DNA from: a virus
Length of the DNA: 64,000 nt
Strand: one strand, 5' to 3'
Virus record (IMG/VR): IMGVR_UViG_3300031578_000001
Positions 46,340-55,841 of the stretch are shown here, in pieces (position 1 is the stretch's first letter; each line of letters opens with the position of its first letter). Position numbers and translations under genes: made by a program. Below the pieces are notes generated by a model. It worked only from the letters and a program-made list of their open reading frames with translations. It ran no database searches and had not been told where the DNA came from.

Positions 46340-49121
46340 CATCCAAGCCGCCGACGTAGGCATTCACATCTTCGTGCTCAAGGTCACTGATTCCGCGGGC
46401 GTACCTGTCTCTGTCACTGACCCGGTCACGATGGAAGTCGCCCCCTACGGCTACGACCGCGTGATCGAGTTCCTCATCGACACGAGGTTCAGATCTCTTC
46501 TCGATCGCTACAACCTCGATGAGGTGACACGCAACAAGGTCGAGCGTCATTTCTTCCGCAGCCTCATGGGGGTCGAAGGGGACACGTTAGTCCATATGGA
46601 TCGCGACATCTTCTGCGAGGATTGGCCTACTCCAGGGACTGACAAGACCCTGCGCGAGGTCCTCGAGCTGATCGACACCTCGGCCTCTGAAGCGATCAAG
46701 ACCATCAACTCGATTCAACCTGATCTCGCTACCAATGACTTCAGGGTTAGAGGCACGGCAGGAGTCACGATCACTCCGATCACCAATGGTCTCGAAATCG
46801 GAGTCGTAGATCTTCAGAAGGTGGAGAGATACACGGCCGTAGGGTCCGTGGCTCCTGGAGCCAATCTTGATCTCCTGCTCCAGTCCAGGCCCACTTTCTT
46901 TGACGCCTTGGTGGAGACGTCCCCGGACATCTGGTATCCCGTGGCCGATATCCCCGCCTTCGCCGGCAAGCACATAGATCACAGCATCGTGGGAATCAGC
47001 GGGAACGTGATCGCGCACGCGGTCGGAATGAGGGGAAGCGTACCCGTCGTCCACGTGATCTGGAACGATCCGGGATCTCCGTCCATCAAGATCTCGAGAT
47101 TCCACGGAGAGACCCTGGCCCTCGAGCAGACGATAGGATTCGTCCCGGCCGCACCGATCGTTGGCTATCCTCTGATCATGGTCGGAATCAACGGTCAGGT
47201 GATCATTGCCTGGTGCAACACGGCTGGGGACTTCTGGCATGGGATCTTGAATCCATCCGATTACACGGACACGACGCTGCCCACCTATCTGAATCCACCG
47301 GTCCTGACGGCGGCCCTGAACCCGAGCGCCCCTCCGATCAGCAACAACCGGCTCATCGGCGCCGTGGTGCCCTCAGGCCCCTCAGCGGGCCTCTGCTACA
47401 TCGGGCTGGATCAGGCCGGCACTCCGGCCGTGATAGAGATCAACACCCTCACAGCAGGGCCAGGAGGGGGCTACACGGGCACGACAGCGACCGGTCCGGC
47501 TGGAGCGGCGTGGTTGGATATGCTCGTGGACTCCCCAAGTAATCTTCTGTTACTCCTGGGCGTGGATGGCTACGGCGGTCCAGCGGATAACCTGGGACTC
47601 TGGGGCGTGACCATCAACCCGTTCCCGGCCGGGGCTCTGCCGGCCTATGTGGTCCTCGATGGTCCAGTGGTCGACGGTGTCTATTTCGAAGACGGGATGA
47701 TGGCCTTGGGCGACTCGCCCTCGGGCTCTCCCACTCGTGCGGTCACGGCCGCCTATATCCTGAACGATTTCTCCGTCCTGCCTGGTCAAGGTTTCCTGAA
47801 GGTCGTATGGCAGGATGCGACGGAGACTTGGCCGGTAGTTCCTCCCCCCGTCGTTACCACGGTCGCGAGGGCGAAGTCGACGGACTCGCCCGGAGGCCTG
47901 TTCGTACGCGAATGGGATTCAGGTGGAAGCGACGAGTGCAACGTCTATTTCCTCGACGTCGATAAGGCCGACGTGGGTGACGTCGTGCTCAGACGCATGA
48001 TGATCGTACCGAATGTCGGAGTGGTCGAAGGCGAGACCGTGGTGTCGCAATACAACTCGCTTCCCACGTGGATGAAGGCGAGTCATGTATCTGAAGCGAT
48101 CCCCGGTGCCTGGAAGCCGAGAGTGCTGACTTCTGACGACATCTTCATGAGCGTGTCGGAGACCTTCGGCGCCAAGAACTTCAACGCCTTCTACGACGAC
48201 TCGAACAAGAAGGTGGTGTTCAAGAACTACTCTGAGTTCGAGTGGACTGTCCAGGTGGAAGCGCTGGTGAATACCGGAGGCACGGATCTCCCTCCCAATC
48301 TCATGATCCCGTGTTTCCAGCTTGCACAGGCTCTCAGGAACTTCTACGATGACGCCGGTTTCTTCCCGTCGCCTTCAGCGTCGGGAGGGGTGACCTGGAC
48401 GGAGTCACAGTTGGCCGCATCGACCACGAGCGGCTTCCTGTTCTCGAACTACTACTCCGTCGTCCCGGGGTCGTACGACATGTACGGAGGGATGGTTGCC
48501 CAAGCCTTCTACTACTCGGATGAAGCGGCTGGTTTGGCATCCGACCAAATAGTCGTGTTTCGCTACAACTATATGCCGGTTAATATTACGGTCGCTGAAT
48601 TGGTGGTCCAGGCCGTGATTGTCGCCAACCTTCCGATCACGCCTCCGTCCTCAGGAGGCGCAGCGAATCCGAACTACTACACCCTGGCGGAACTGGATGT
48701 GAAACTGGGGACGACTTTCGCATCCACCTACGTGGGACCTCCTTTCGATTACTACAAGTACTTCTGCTTCCTGGACACGACGGGAGCTCTCTATCATCAC
48801 GGTTGGTTCTCGCAGAATCACATCGACACGGCTCTATCGTACGGTCCCTATCCCACCACGCAGCCCACGATCCCGGTGGAGGAGCGGTTCACGGTGGGAG
48901 CAGACGCGACGACAGGAGTGTCAACCTCATTCATCCTGTCTCATCCCGTGGCCACGGCTCATGTGTTCGTGAACGGCATCAGGTACACGAGGGATCTGGA
49001 CTGGTCCTTCGGCGCTTCCATGAACGAGATCCTGTACCTGAACCGCGCCGGCACGATCACGAACCCGGGCTACACGCTACACCAGTACGACGAAGTCATG
49101 GTCGACAAGTACCTACTGTAG
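46161..49121 (+). CDS. large virion protein with an N-terminal putative Ig (He_PIG-like) domain
   Basis: YSEQLQAVGGVPPYTWSLDSGALPSGVSLSPSGIL...F.LKVTDS. Confidence 0.75.
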   Translation: MDPLSIITKNIPIALVAQAYSEQLQAVGGVPPYTWSLDSGALPSGVSLSPSGILDAAAGNIQAADVGIHIFVLKVTDSAGVPVSVTDPVTMEVAPYGYDRVIEFLIDTRFRSLLDRYNLDEVTRNKVERHFFRSLMGVEGDTLVHMDRDIFCEDWPTPGTDKTLREVLELIDTSASEAIKTINSIQPDLATNDFRVRGTAGVTITPITNGLEIGVVDLQKVERYTAVGSVAPGANLDLLLQSRPTFFDALVETSPDIWYPVADIPAFAGKHIDHSIVGISGNVIAHAVGMRGSVPVVHVIWNDPGSPSIKISRFHGETLALEQTIGFVPAAPIVGYPLIMVGINGQVIIAWCNTAGDFWHGILNPSDYTDTTLPTYLNPPVLTAALNPSAPPISNNRLIGAVVPSGPSAGLCYIGLDQAGTPAVIEINTLTAGPGGGYTGTTATGPAGAAWLDMLVDSPSNLLLLLGVDGYGGPADNLGLWGVTINPFPAGALPAYVVLDGPVVDGVYFEDGMMALGDSPSGSPTRAVTAAYILNDFSVLPGQGFLKVVWQDATETWPVVPPPVVTTVARAKSTDSPGGLFVREWDSGGSDECNVYFLDVDKADVGDVVLRRMMIVPNVGVVEGETVVSQYNSLPTWMKASHVSEAIPGAWKPRVLTSDDIFMSVSETFGAKNFNAFYDDSNKKVVFKNYSEFEWTVQVEALVNTGGTDLPPNLMIPCFQLAQALRNFYDDAGFFPSPSASGGVTWTESQLAASTTSGFLFSNYYSVVPGSYDMYGGMVAQAFYYSDEAAGLASDQIVVFRYNYMPVNITVAELVVQAVIVANLPITPPSSGGAANPNYYTLAELDVKLGTTFASTYVGPPFDYYKYFCFLDTTGALYHHGWFSQNHIDTALSYGPYPTTQPTIPVEERFTVGADATTGVSTSFILSHPVATAHVFVNGIRYTRDLDWSFGASMNEILYLNRAGTITNPGYTLHQYDEVMVDKYLL

Positions 49122-49129
49122 AGGAAGGC

Positions 49130-49303
49130 ATGAGGGAGAAGTGCTGTGCTTGTGATGAGATCGCCGAGGGCGAATACAGGGATCTCGACGACTCCGTCTT
49201 CTCCGAGGCCATCCGCACCTTGATAAAAGACCCGGACGCCAAGCGCGTCTTCATCTGTGACCAATGCTCGGGCGGATCCAACATGCCCGTGCACATGCCG
49301 TAG
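49130..49303 (+). CDS. small Zn-finger protein
   Basis: CCAC...CDQC; GAGG SD. Confidence 0.55.
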   Translation: MREKCCACDEIAEGEYRDLDDSVFSEAIRTLIKDPDAKRVFICDQCSGGSNMPVHMP

Positions 49304-49311
49304 GAGGTACG

Positions 49312-49671
49312 ATGCCTTTCAAGTCCGATGCTCAGAGACGCTGGATGTACGCCACTCACCCCAAGATGGCGAAGAGATGGCAGAAGGAGACTCCGAAGGG
49401 CAAGGATCTCCCCGAGAAGGTGGCAGCGGCCTTCGTCGACGAGCTGAACAAGATCTCAGCGGCACAGGCGTTCAAACCGAGCCCTGGCCCGAAGAAGCCG
49501 GATCCGTTCAAGTCCTTCGCATCTAAGGCGCCGAGGCCGGTCCATGTTGCCGGGGTCAGGGACGCCAGTGGGAAAGGTATCGGTATCGGCTATAGCATGC
49601 AGAGCTCACCGAAGCCTTTGAAGGTCCCGGCGGGGTACGAGCAGCTCCTACGGAGAGCACCGAAGTTCTGA
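49312..49671 (+). CDS. small basic protein (MPFKS.AQRR.M type) with AFVDELNKIS motif
   Basis: AGGAGG SD; N-terminus recognisable as a common phage small-protein family. Confidence 0.7.
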   Translation: MPFKSDAQRRWMYATHPKMAKRWQKETPKGKDLPEKVAAAFVDELNKISAAQAFKPSPGPKKPDPFKSFASKAPRPVHVAGVRDASGKGIGIGYSMQSSPKPLKVPAGYEQLLRRAPKF

Positions 49672-49680
49672 GGAGGAGAA

Positions 49681-49929
49681 ATGAGAAGTCTGATTGCCAC
49701 TGCCTTCGTCGACGAGCTGAGCAAGATCGCAAATGGGCTCGAGAAGGGTTCCCTCGGCAGGATGATGAGAGGCCCGAAGCACACTTATCTTAGGCCCCAG
49801 TACGCAGAGGAGATCCGGGAGCAGAGGAGGAGTCCGGAGATGAGGGGCCGAGGCAGCCGGTCCCATGAGTGGCTCAACAACGCCCGGGTGGTTGAAAGGG
49901 ATATGCGGATCAGAAGAGCCTCCAGATGA
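49681..49929 (+). CDS. small basic protein with AFVDELSKIA motif
   Basis: GAGGAG SD. Confidence 0.7.
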   Translation: MRSLIATAFVDELSKIANGLEKGSLGRMMRGPKHTYLRPQYAEEIREQRRSPEMRGRGSRSHEWLNNARVVERDMRIRRASR

Positions 49930-49989
49930 GCAAGATGGGCCACATCTCAGGGAAGAACTACGCAAGAGCGATGTAGAAAGAAGACGACC

Positions 49990-50229
49990 ATGAACGACAG
50001 GATCGCGCAGTCATTCATCGACGAGCTGAACAAGATCGCCATGGGCTACGACCCTGCGAGACAGCCTCACGAACTCAATCTTCAGCGCATGGCAGCGAAG
50101 TCAGGCGGAGGAATATCGTTCATACGAGGCGGTAAGAGTTACGGTACCCCAACCTCGATGCCGACGAATGTTCTGAAGAGCGTATCCAAGAACATCGGAG
50201 CAGGAAAGTTCAAGGTTGTGCCTCATTAG
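49990..50229 (+). CDS. small basic protein with SFIDELNKIA motif
   Basis: 79 aa. Confidence 0.7.
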   Translation: MNDRIAQSFIDELNKIAMGYDPARQPHELNLQRMAAKSGGGISFIRGGKSYGTPTSMPTNVLKSVSKNIGAGKFKVVPH

Positions 50230-50241
50230 AGGAGGCTGGGC

Positions 50242-50433
50242 GTGAAGTATGGAGTCCCAGCCTACAATCCGAAGTGGCCCTTCTGGCGACTGTCTCTCAT
50301 CCTGATCATCTCCCTTCTGGTCTTCGGGATCGCCACCTTCAGCTTCGTAGCCATCGGTTTCTCGGTGATCTCTTTCCTCCTCGCCTACCTGTTCAAGCGC
50401 GAATGGGAGAGAAAGAACGGAAGATCGAACTAA
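50242..50433 (+). CDS. small two-TM membrane protein
   Basis: Two hydrophobic helices; GAGGAGG SD. Confidence 0.6.
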   Translation: MKYGVPAYNPKWPFWRLSLILIISLLVFGIATFSFVAIGFSVISFLLAYLFKREWERKNGRSN

Positions 50434-50467
50434 AAAGAAAGCTGACGACGAATCACCGGCTTTCAGA

Positions 50468-50803
50468 TCACGACTTATCTTTAATGTACCCGCCACCCTT
50501 CTTTGGTGGCTTATCCACCCTATTTGTTCTCCTCCAAATTGCTGTTTTCGGAGACCATGACTTTTCGTTCACGATCTCACTAATGCGGACTTGGGTCACA
50601 CCTGCGATCACGGCGAGACAATCCTGGGATACTCCCTGGGAGTGCGCTTCTCGGACGGCTTCAATGAACTGCTCGGTGTGGATCGTGTTATAGTGATCCT
50701 CTACTGTTTGGCCGGTCCGAACTCGACAGCCCCGCCCGTCCTCTCCGCGAGCCGGAGGGCGTCCTCGTCCTTCTCGTTCGTCGAGCCATTCTTGAAAGCC
50801 CAT
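50468..50803 (-). CDS. HTH DNA-binding protein
   Basis: GVSQDCLAVIAGVTQVRISEIVN. Confidence 0.55.
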   Translation of the reverse strand: MGFQEWLDEREGRGRPPARGEDGRGCRVRTGQTVEDHYNTIHTEQFIEAVREAHSQGVSQDCLAVIAGVTQVRISEIVNEKSWSPKTAIWRRTNRVDKPPKKGGGYIKDKS

Positions 50804-50813
50804 TAGATCCTCC

Positions 50814-51071
50814 TCAATCCTCGATCCTGTTGATAAGATTCTCTGCATCCTTCATCCCCAAGAAGATGGCCCCGTTCTTCTGCGCACGAATGGCGTCGTT
50901 GGCGGAGAGGCCGAAGGCGAGCACCTTCGTCGTCTCGAGCCCGCAGTCAGGGTCCGTGCACTCGACGGGCCGTTCGAAAATGAGGAGGTACTCGCCCGTC
51001 CGGATCACTCCCAAGGACTTTTCTGCTGCGGTGTTCTTCACCACGTAGACCTTCGTCTCCTGGTTAAACAT
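50814..51071 (-). CDS. hypothetical protein
   Basis: GAGGAGG SD. Confidence 0.6.
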   Translation of the reverse strand: MFNQETKVYVVKNTAAEKSLGVIRTGEYLLIFERPVECTDPDCGLETTKVLAFGLSANDAIRAQKNGAIFLGMKDAENLINRIED

Positions 51072-51080
51072 CGGTCCTCC

Positions 51081-51302
51081 TCAGTCTTGTTCGGCCTCGC
51101 TGAGACCGTCGGCGCGGCCTCGGTCGTATCCCTCGCTGTCTCCCTCTTCTTTCGCCCCTTCCAGGCACTTCTCGCATGGTTCGACCTCGATCGCCGGATC
51201 CTGGCGCGAGTAGCTCGTCCGTCGGCGCTCGCTCGTCTGGTTGCAGAGCCCGGCGTCGCACTTGGCGCAGAAGACCTCGAACTGAACGGTCATTTCGGGC
51301 AT
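51081..51302 (-). CDS. small Zn-binding hypothetical protein
   Basis: CAKC...CEKC. Confidence 0.6.
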   Translation of the reverse strand: MPEMTVQFEVFCAKCDAGLCNQTSERRRTSYSRQDPAIEVEPCEKCLEGAKEEGDSEGYDRGRADGLSEAEQD

Positions 51303-51311
51303 GGTTACTCC

Positions 51312-51503
51312 TCACGCCACTTCGAATAGCAGCTCTTCAGCTCCGTACACGGCGTCCTCCCCGCACTCGTCGCACTGGTACCCGCGGGCGTCCGGTTCGA
51401 CGCCACTGGTTTCGGCCCCGCAGTGGACGCAGAAGCCCAGGTTGTCGTCCTCCCGGACTGCGGCCATGACCCGGTCCTGGGTGATAGACGGGTGTAACTG
51501 CAT
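51312..51503 (-). CDS. small Zn-ribbon protein
   Basis: GFCVHCG...EPDA..Y.CDECG..VYG. Confidence 0.7.
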   Translation of the reverse strand: MQLHPSITQDRVMAAVREDDNLGFCVHCGAETSGVEPDARGYQCDECGEDAVYGAEELLFEVA

Positions 51504-51515
51504 GTCAGCCTCCTC

Positions 51516-51947
51516 TCAGCCAATCGGCCGGGCGTCTTCCGGATCATCCAGTCCGGTCTTGTCCTTGAATAGTTTCTTCTTGTGATCCTCGAAGCTCGGA
51601 AGTCCGAAGGCTTCGTCGTTGCTCACGATCTGGCCAGGGGTGCCACCACCGCCTACCGAGAACTGCTCCCACCCGGCGATGGCCAAGAAGTTTCCCGAGC
51701 ACCTCTCGCACGGGACTCTCAATCCCTTGCGAGGACCTCGCGTGATCGTCTTGTGCTCCCGCCTGTAGCGAACGATCACGAAGTACTTGGTGAAGAACCG
51801 CAGGAGTTGGATGCAGCGGGCGACGAATTGATAGTTGCGGTAGGCGCAGGACTTGATCTCGTAGGTCTCGTCCTCTTCGATGCCGAAATGCTCCTTGCAG
51901 AAGTCCTCGCCGCATTGACCAGAGCGCTGCGGTCGGCCTACTTTCAC
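51516..51947 (-). CDS. hypothetical protein
   Basis: GTGA-coupled. Confidence 0.55.
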   Translation of the reverse strand: MKVGRPQRSGQCGEDFCKEHFGIEEDETYEIKSCAYRNYQFVARCIQLLRFFTKYFVIVRYRREHKTITRGPRKGLRVPCERCSGNFLAIAGWEQFSVGGGGTPGQIVSNDEAFGLPSFEDHKKKLFKDKTGLDDPEDARPIG

Positions 51948-52171
51948 ACGTCCTCCGGATCCAGGGAGTACACAGCGAACAGGGCCACACCGTGGTATTT
52001 CTCTTGCGGTGCGAGGACCTTGTTCGCCCAGTCGATTAGTTCGTTCGTGAGCAGGTCACCGATGTCGAACCGAACGCCGTTGTCGCGGTCGTCCGAGTGC
52101 TCGGGCACGTCGACGACTTCCGTCGACCAGATGCGGTCCTCCCACGCGAGCAAAAACTCGACTCGTTTCAT
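51944..52171 (-). CDS. hypothetical protein
   Basis: ATGA-coupled. Confidence 0.6.
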   Translation of the reverse strand: MKRVEFLLAWEDRIWSTEVVDVPEHSDDRDNGVRFDIGDLLTNELIDWANKVLAPQEKYHGVALFAVYSLDPEDV

Positions 52172-52395
52172 TTCAGGCAGCCCTCCACGAACTCGTCGTA
52201 CATGTTGGAGAAGGTCTGTACAACCGATCCGTTCTCGACCAGGTCGGCGATGATCCCTTCGTGGGTGAATCGAATGTGAAGCTCCTGACTCTCATCGAGC
52301 CGATCGGATTTGACGATGAGCGAGACCGTGGATTCGGCGGCTTTAACGATAACCTGCCCGTTCACCTGAACTTTGATTTCGTTGGTCATGCTCAC
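52168..52395 (-). CDS. hypothetical protein
   Basis: Coupled to its neighbours. Confidence 0.6.
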   Translation of the reverse strand: MSMTNEIKVQVNGQVIVKAAESTVSLIVKSDRLDESQELHIRFTHEGIIADLVENGSVVQTFSNMYDEFVEGCLK

Positions 52396-52565
52396 TCCTT
52401 GTTGAAGGCCTTCGCTGCGTATCTGACGAGGGCGGTGTAGACCTCAGGTTCGAGAAAGATCGTGTTCGTCGCCCCGACCCCGTTCTCGGTCGTCAACTTG
52501 AACGACCCGTCTTCGACCTCGATGTAGACGCTGTCTCCGAGGTATTCCTTCTCTACTTGTTTCAT
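52392..52565 (-). CDS. small hypothetical protein
   Basis: KEYLGDSVY...TENG....N.I.LEPEV..AL.RY pattern; GGAG SD. Confidence 0.6.
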   Translation of the reverse strand: MKQVEKEYLGDSVYIEVEDGSFKLTTENGVGATNTIFLEPEVYTALVRYAAKAFNKE

Positions 52566-52668
52566 GGCTCCTCTGAACGTCTCTTGCGGATCTATAACAA
52601 ATCGTAGCATTTTACTTTTCCTTTAAGCGGCCCGACTACCTTCATTAGAAACAGTTCGGCTATTCTGT

Positions 52669-52995
52669 CTAATCCTCACATCTTTGCATTTCGGGTCCTA
52701 TCAATTCAATTTCAATTTTAGTTATCCTTTTTTCTTTGAAACTACCCCCAAAACGCAGACGCTCTATTATTGCATAAACATCATAAACCCCATCCCCAAA
52801 CCCAGATTGAAAAGATACCGCAAGCCAATCTTTCCCGTCAGGAGTACAAACTTGACCTCCCATCTCAGGACTTATCCTGACATTAAGGGCCTGATTGTAT
52901 TCATTCGGCCCGAAATATTTTTTGATATAGTACGGGTCTATAACCATCAATGTTCCGGAATTGACACCAACTCTCCCTATCTTGATTCGTTCCAT
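52669..52995 (-). CDS. DUF4241-like protein
   Basis: VGVNSG.L...DP...; AVSFQSGFGDG.Y.VY. Confidence 0.55.
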   Translation of the reverse strand: MERIKIGRVGVNSGTLMVIDPYYIKKYFGPNEYNQALNVRISPEMGGQVCTPDGKDWLAVSFQSGFGDGVYDVYAIIERLRFGGSFKEKRITKIEIELIGPEMQRCED

Positions 52996-53077
52996 TCATC
53001 ATCTCCTTTAAACACTTGGGTTATTCTGTCTCGTCGTTTTCGATTCCATTTCGCTTCCCCCATAGAAAGTCTGATTA

Positions 53078-53365
53078 TCAACGGCTGAGATAGATGCTTG
53101 CACCAGTGTCTATCCCCTTCTCGGCGGCGTACTCTTTCAGCCCCATGATAAAGCCGTCGATGTTTGCGCCCATCTTGGCGCAATGCTGAAGCATGATCAT
53201 TGCAAGGCCGGTTCCCTCTGGCAGCACGAATGTTTCCCCGCGTTCGCCGGGGGCATACTCTACGACAGCCACGAAGGCGAGTCCCTTGGCTCCGCACTTG
53301 TCGGCAAGTTCTTTGAGCCGAGGTGCAATTTCCGCGTCGTACCACTCTTCAGTCGTGCTCTGCAT
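53078..53365 (-). CDS. hypothetical protein
   Basis: 95 aa; GGGGG SD-like site. Confidence 0.55.
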   Translation of the reverse strand: MQSTTEEWYDAEIAPRLKELADKCGAKGLAFVAVVEYAPGERGETFVLPEGTGLAMIMLQHCAKMGANIDGFIMGLKEYAAEKGIDTGASIYLSR

Positions 53366-53554
53366 CTTTACCCCCCCACCAATTATGTCTTCTTTGGTTC
53401 ATAGGGACACGGCAGGTGTTCCAGTTTTTTGTATTTGATTTCGTGCCTGATGCGAAAATCCGGCTCTCCCCGGCACAATCTGCACCCATTCGTGCAGTTG
53501 CATTTTACGTAATTGATCTGGGGCATTCTCGGTCCTTTCAATTCGATATTTGTG

Positions 53555-53785
53555 TCAAAAAGGTGGGTTGGGGAATTCGATCTTTGTAAAATGGGCGTTT
53601 TCGACTTCTGATTTGTACATGAAAGACCCTTCGGCAACGTACATCGGCCTACCGTAGCCGTCTTCCCATACCTGCACCCGCACCCAGATCGGCTTGGCTT
53701 CTTTTGTTTTCCCGAAGCGATATCCATAAAACCAGTAATCTCCTGGTTCTGTCGGGAATTCCTTCGACCATACCGTATTGTTCAT
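53555..53785 (-). CDS. hypothetical protein
   Basis: WSKE.PTEPGDYWFYG motif typical of small phage proteins. Confidence 0.55.
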   Translation of the reverse strand: MNNTVWSKEFPTEPGDYWFYGYRFGKTKEAKPIWVRVQVWEDGYGRPMYVAEGSFMYKSEVENAHFTKIEFPNPPF

Positions 53786-53827
53786 CTTTACTCTCCATTC
53801 TATTTGTCTTGCTTTCGACCCCAAAAG

Positions 53828-54070
53828 TCAAATACCGCTTATCGCGTCAAGGAAGTCCTGATAAGATCCGTTGTCCTTGATGATGTTTGCGGCATCCAAC
53901 AACCGATGCCCGGCCTTCCCGTTGCCCATTTCCTGACAGTAGGCAAAAGTACACCGTGCTCCAACACAACCAAGGGTGCAAAGTGGGTTTCCCCTCTTTC
54001 GATTGGATTCGTCGAAAGCACGATAGCGACAGCGCTTCGCCAGGATCCTCCATTCGCCATTCGTTAGCAT
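53828..54070 (-). CDS. small Cys-rich hypothetical protein
   Basis: AGGAGG SD before MLTNGEW. Confidence 0.5.
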   Translation of the reverse strand: MLTNGEWRILAKRCRYRAFDESNRKRGNPLCTLGCVGARCTFAYCQEMGNGKAGHRLLDAANIIKDNGSYQDFLDAISGI

Positions 54071-54233
54071 TGCACCCCTCCTTCCTTGCACTCGGACTCA
54101 AGTGCCTTGCACTCCATATCAAAAGCCTTGCGGCGTTGTCTTCGACGGGCCGGGGGTTGAGCCCCAGCGTCTCCCCTGCCCGTTCAGCGGGGTTTCGCCC
54201 CACCACTGCATAAGTCACCTCCCTTTCAACTGA

Positions 54234-54356
54234 TGGCGCGGGCCGGATTCGAACCGGCTTAGGCTTCCCGTAAGGAGTAGGTAAGTCGGGGTACTCCTTG
54301 CCGCGAAACCCACCACTCCCCACCTACGTGGGCACGTCCCACCGTGCCACCGCGCC
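54234..54356 (-). tRNA. tRNA-like gene with an extended, insert-containing anticodon arm and a long variable arm; anticodon unresolved
   Basis: GGCGCGG/CCGCGCC acceptor; GCAC/GTGC D-stem; GCCGG-TTCGAAT-CCGGC T-arm; ends A-TCA. Confidence 0.65.
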
Positions 54357-54573
54357 TTTCTTGCATTTCCAATCCCATTTTGTTAGAATCCCCTACTATC
54401 CTCACTCTTTCGCTTTTTTGCTGGTCAGTCCTCTGGCTTTGCCAGCTTCCTCCAGCGTCTTCCGCGCCCAGTAGTCCAGCGTGCAGATCGTATCGCCGTT
54501 CGTGATCTCGACGCCGCCGGCGATGTTGGCGAGCCGCTTTATAGAATCGACCAGCGCGTCCCGCTCATCACGG

Positions 54574-55035
54574 TCATACGGTCCTTCCTTTCATCTCTTC
54601 CCTGATCTTCATCAGGATCTTTCCAAGCCTGTTCTGACCCTTGATCTTGGCGCACTTCTTGCACCCGCAGTCGCCCCAGTAATTGTCGTGCCAGTGGTTC
54701 CTCTCGATGAGGATGGCGTCTCCGGTGGAGAGCAGGAGCTGGGCGAGGTTTGGTTCCAGGAACTTCTCCCTGACGATGCTCTCCATGATCCGGTCCTTCA
54801 CCCGGTCCCAGTCTGGCCGAAGCGTTATGTCCCGGCCTCGTATCTTGGCGTGGCCGGCGTGGCGTGCCTCGATGATCCATGTGATCTCTGGGATCTTCTT
54901 CGTCTTGCAGGCCTGGTAGGCCTGTTCGGCAGATTTCGCGATCCAATCGTAGAGATGGTAGGAGAAGCGGATCTCACAGGGGTGGAAGTTGCTGAGGAAT
55001 GCGTAGTCGCCCTTGAAAGAGTTGATGGTAGTCAT
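54574..55035 (-). CDS. NADAR family N-glycosidase (YbiA-like)
   Basis: F...Y.FLSNFHP, SAEQAYQA.K, R.DW...KD.IM, KF, LLSTGD..L.E....D.YWG, GQN.LG.ILM.IRE. Confidence 0.9.
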   Translation of the reverse strand: MTTINSFKGDYAFLSNFHPCEIRFSYHLYDWIAKSAEQAYQACKTKKIPEITWIIEARHAGHAKIRGRDITLRPDWDRVKDRIMESIVREKFLEPNLAQLLLSTGDAILIERNHWHDNYWGDCGCKKCAKIKGQNRLGKILMKIREEMKGRTV

Positions 55036-55274
55036 GGTTGTTCCTTCGGCATCTTGTAGCCGGGAAGGTTGCCGCCTTCCTGCTCCACAATGCGTATGTG
55101 GAGGTGGTTATCTTTCCGCTCGACGGTCATGTGGTAGTCCTTGTGCGGGTCCAGGTTCCTCACGATCTCCAAGGCATCCCCCAAGGTGTTCTGCATCGGC
55201 CTATGGGTGTCTTGGTTTACCGACTTGGCGCCGAGCACGATATTGCCGAGTTTCTTGCGCAGGTCCTCGTTCAT
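55032..55274 (-). CDS. hypothetical protein
   Basis: ATGA-coupled. Confidence 0.55.
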   Translation of the reverse strand: MNEDLRKKLGNIVLGAKSVNQDTHRPMQNTLGDALEIVRNLDPHKDYHMTVERKDNHLHIRIVEQEGGNLPGYKMPKEQP

Positions 55275-55307
55275 GCGTCCTCTTCTCCATTCGCCTCTGG
55301 TGGTTGT

Positions 55308-55490
55308 TCATGACTCCTCCTTGCATCCGCACTTGAAGGCGCCAGGAGGCATCGCCCCTTCCCAGTTCTTCTTGATACAGCGCTTCCGGCCGCAGTCCGG
55401 GCACTTGTAGATCAGGACCGTGTACCAGGGAGGCTGAAAGCCTCGCCGGCGTTCGGACCCGATACAGTCCTTGAAGTTGATGGTCGCCAT
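55308..55490 (-). CDS. small Zn-ribbon protein
   Basis: CPDCG...C.CGC; GGAGGAG SD. Confidence 0.55.
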   Translation of the reverse strand: MATINFKDCIGSERRRGFQPPWYTVLIYKCPDCGRKRCIKKNWEGAMPPGAFKCGCKEES

Positions 55491-55502
55491 GGCTCCTCCT
55501 TG

Positions 55503-55841
55503 TCAGGCCGGGCTATCCAGATACGCCTGGACGCTCTCTTTCAGCGTCGGTGCGAGATGGTGGATCTTTCTATCCCATTCCACTCGCGAGAAGGTGTTGT
55601 TGTCCAGGGGCTGGCACATCCACCATCCGGCGTGCTTGGGGATCGTCGTCACTTTGAGGTACTCCTCGGACACTGTCTTCCACGCGCCGTCTATCTTCCG
55701 TTTGACATCCCGCAGGACGATCTTTGCGTCCGGGTAGCGGGCTCTGTGCATCCCGTGGTAGACCGAGATTCTCCGCAAGGGTATGCGCCGCACCGATAGG
55801 AAGTGTTCGGCGATCGTCTCCAGCAGTTCGCTGTCGGTCAT
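55503..55841 (-). CDS. hypothetical protein
   Basis: ATGA-coupled start MTDSELL. Confidence 0.55.
   Translation of the reverse strand: MTDSELLETIAEHFLSVRRIPLRRISVYHGMHRARYPDAKIVLRDVKRKIDGAWKTVSEEYLKVTTIPKHAGWWMCQPLDNNTFSRVEWDRKIHHLAPTLKESVQAYLDSPA

Noticed and set aside
38385-49121. Diversity-generating retroelement or invertible cassette acting on the fibre paralogs
   Set aside because: No reverse transcriptase, invertase, near-identical TR/VR pair or flanking inverted repeats were seen; the paralogs are highly diverged at the DNA level.
49993-50003. 11-nt match (AACGACAGGAT) to the spacer at 8065-8096
   Set aside because: Too short to distinguish from chance. No longer self-target was spotted by eye, but an exhaustive search was not possible.
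54405-54580. Coding-like open frame (YDRDERDALVDSIKRL...) downstream of NADAR
   Set aside because: No start codon follows the preceding in-frame stop, so it cannot be supported as a gene without evidence of frameshifting.
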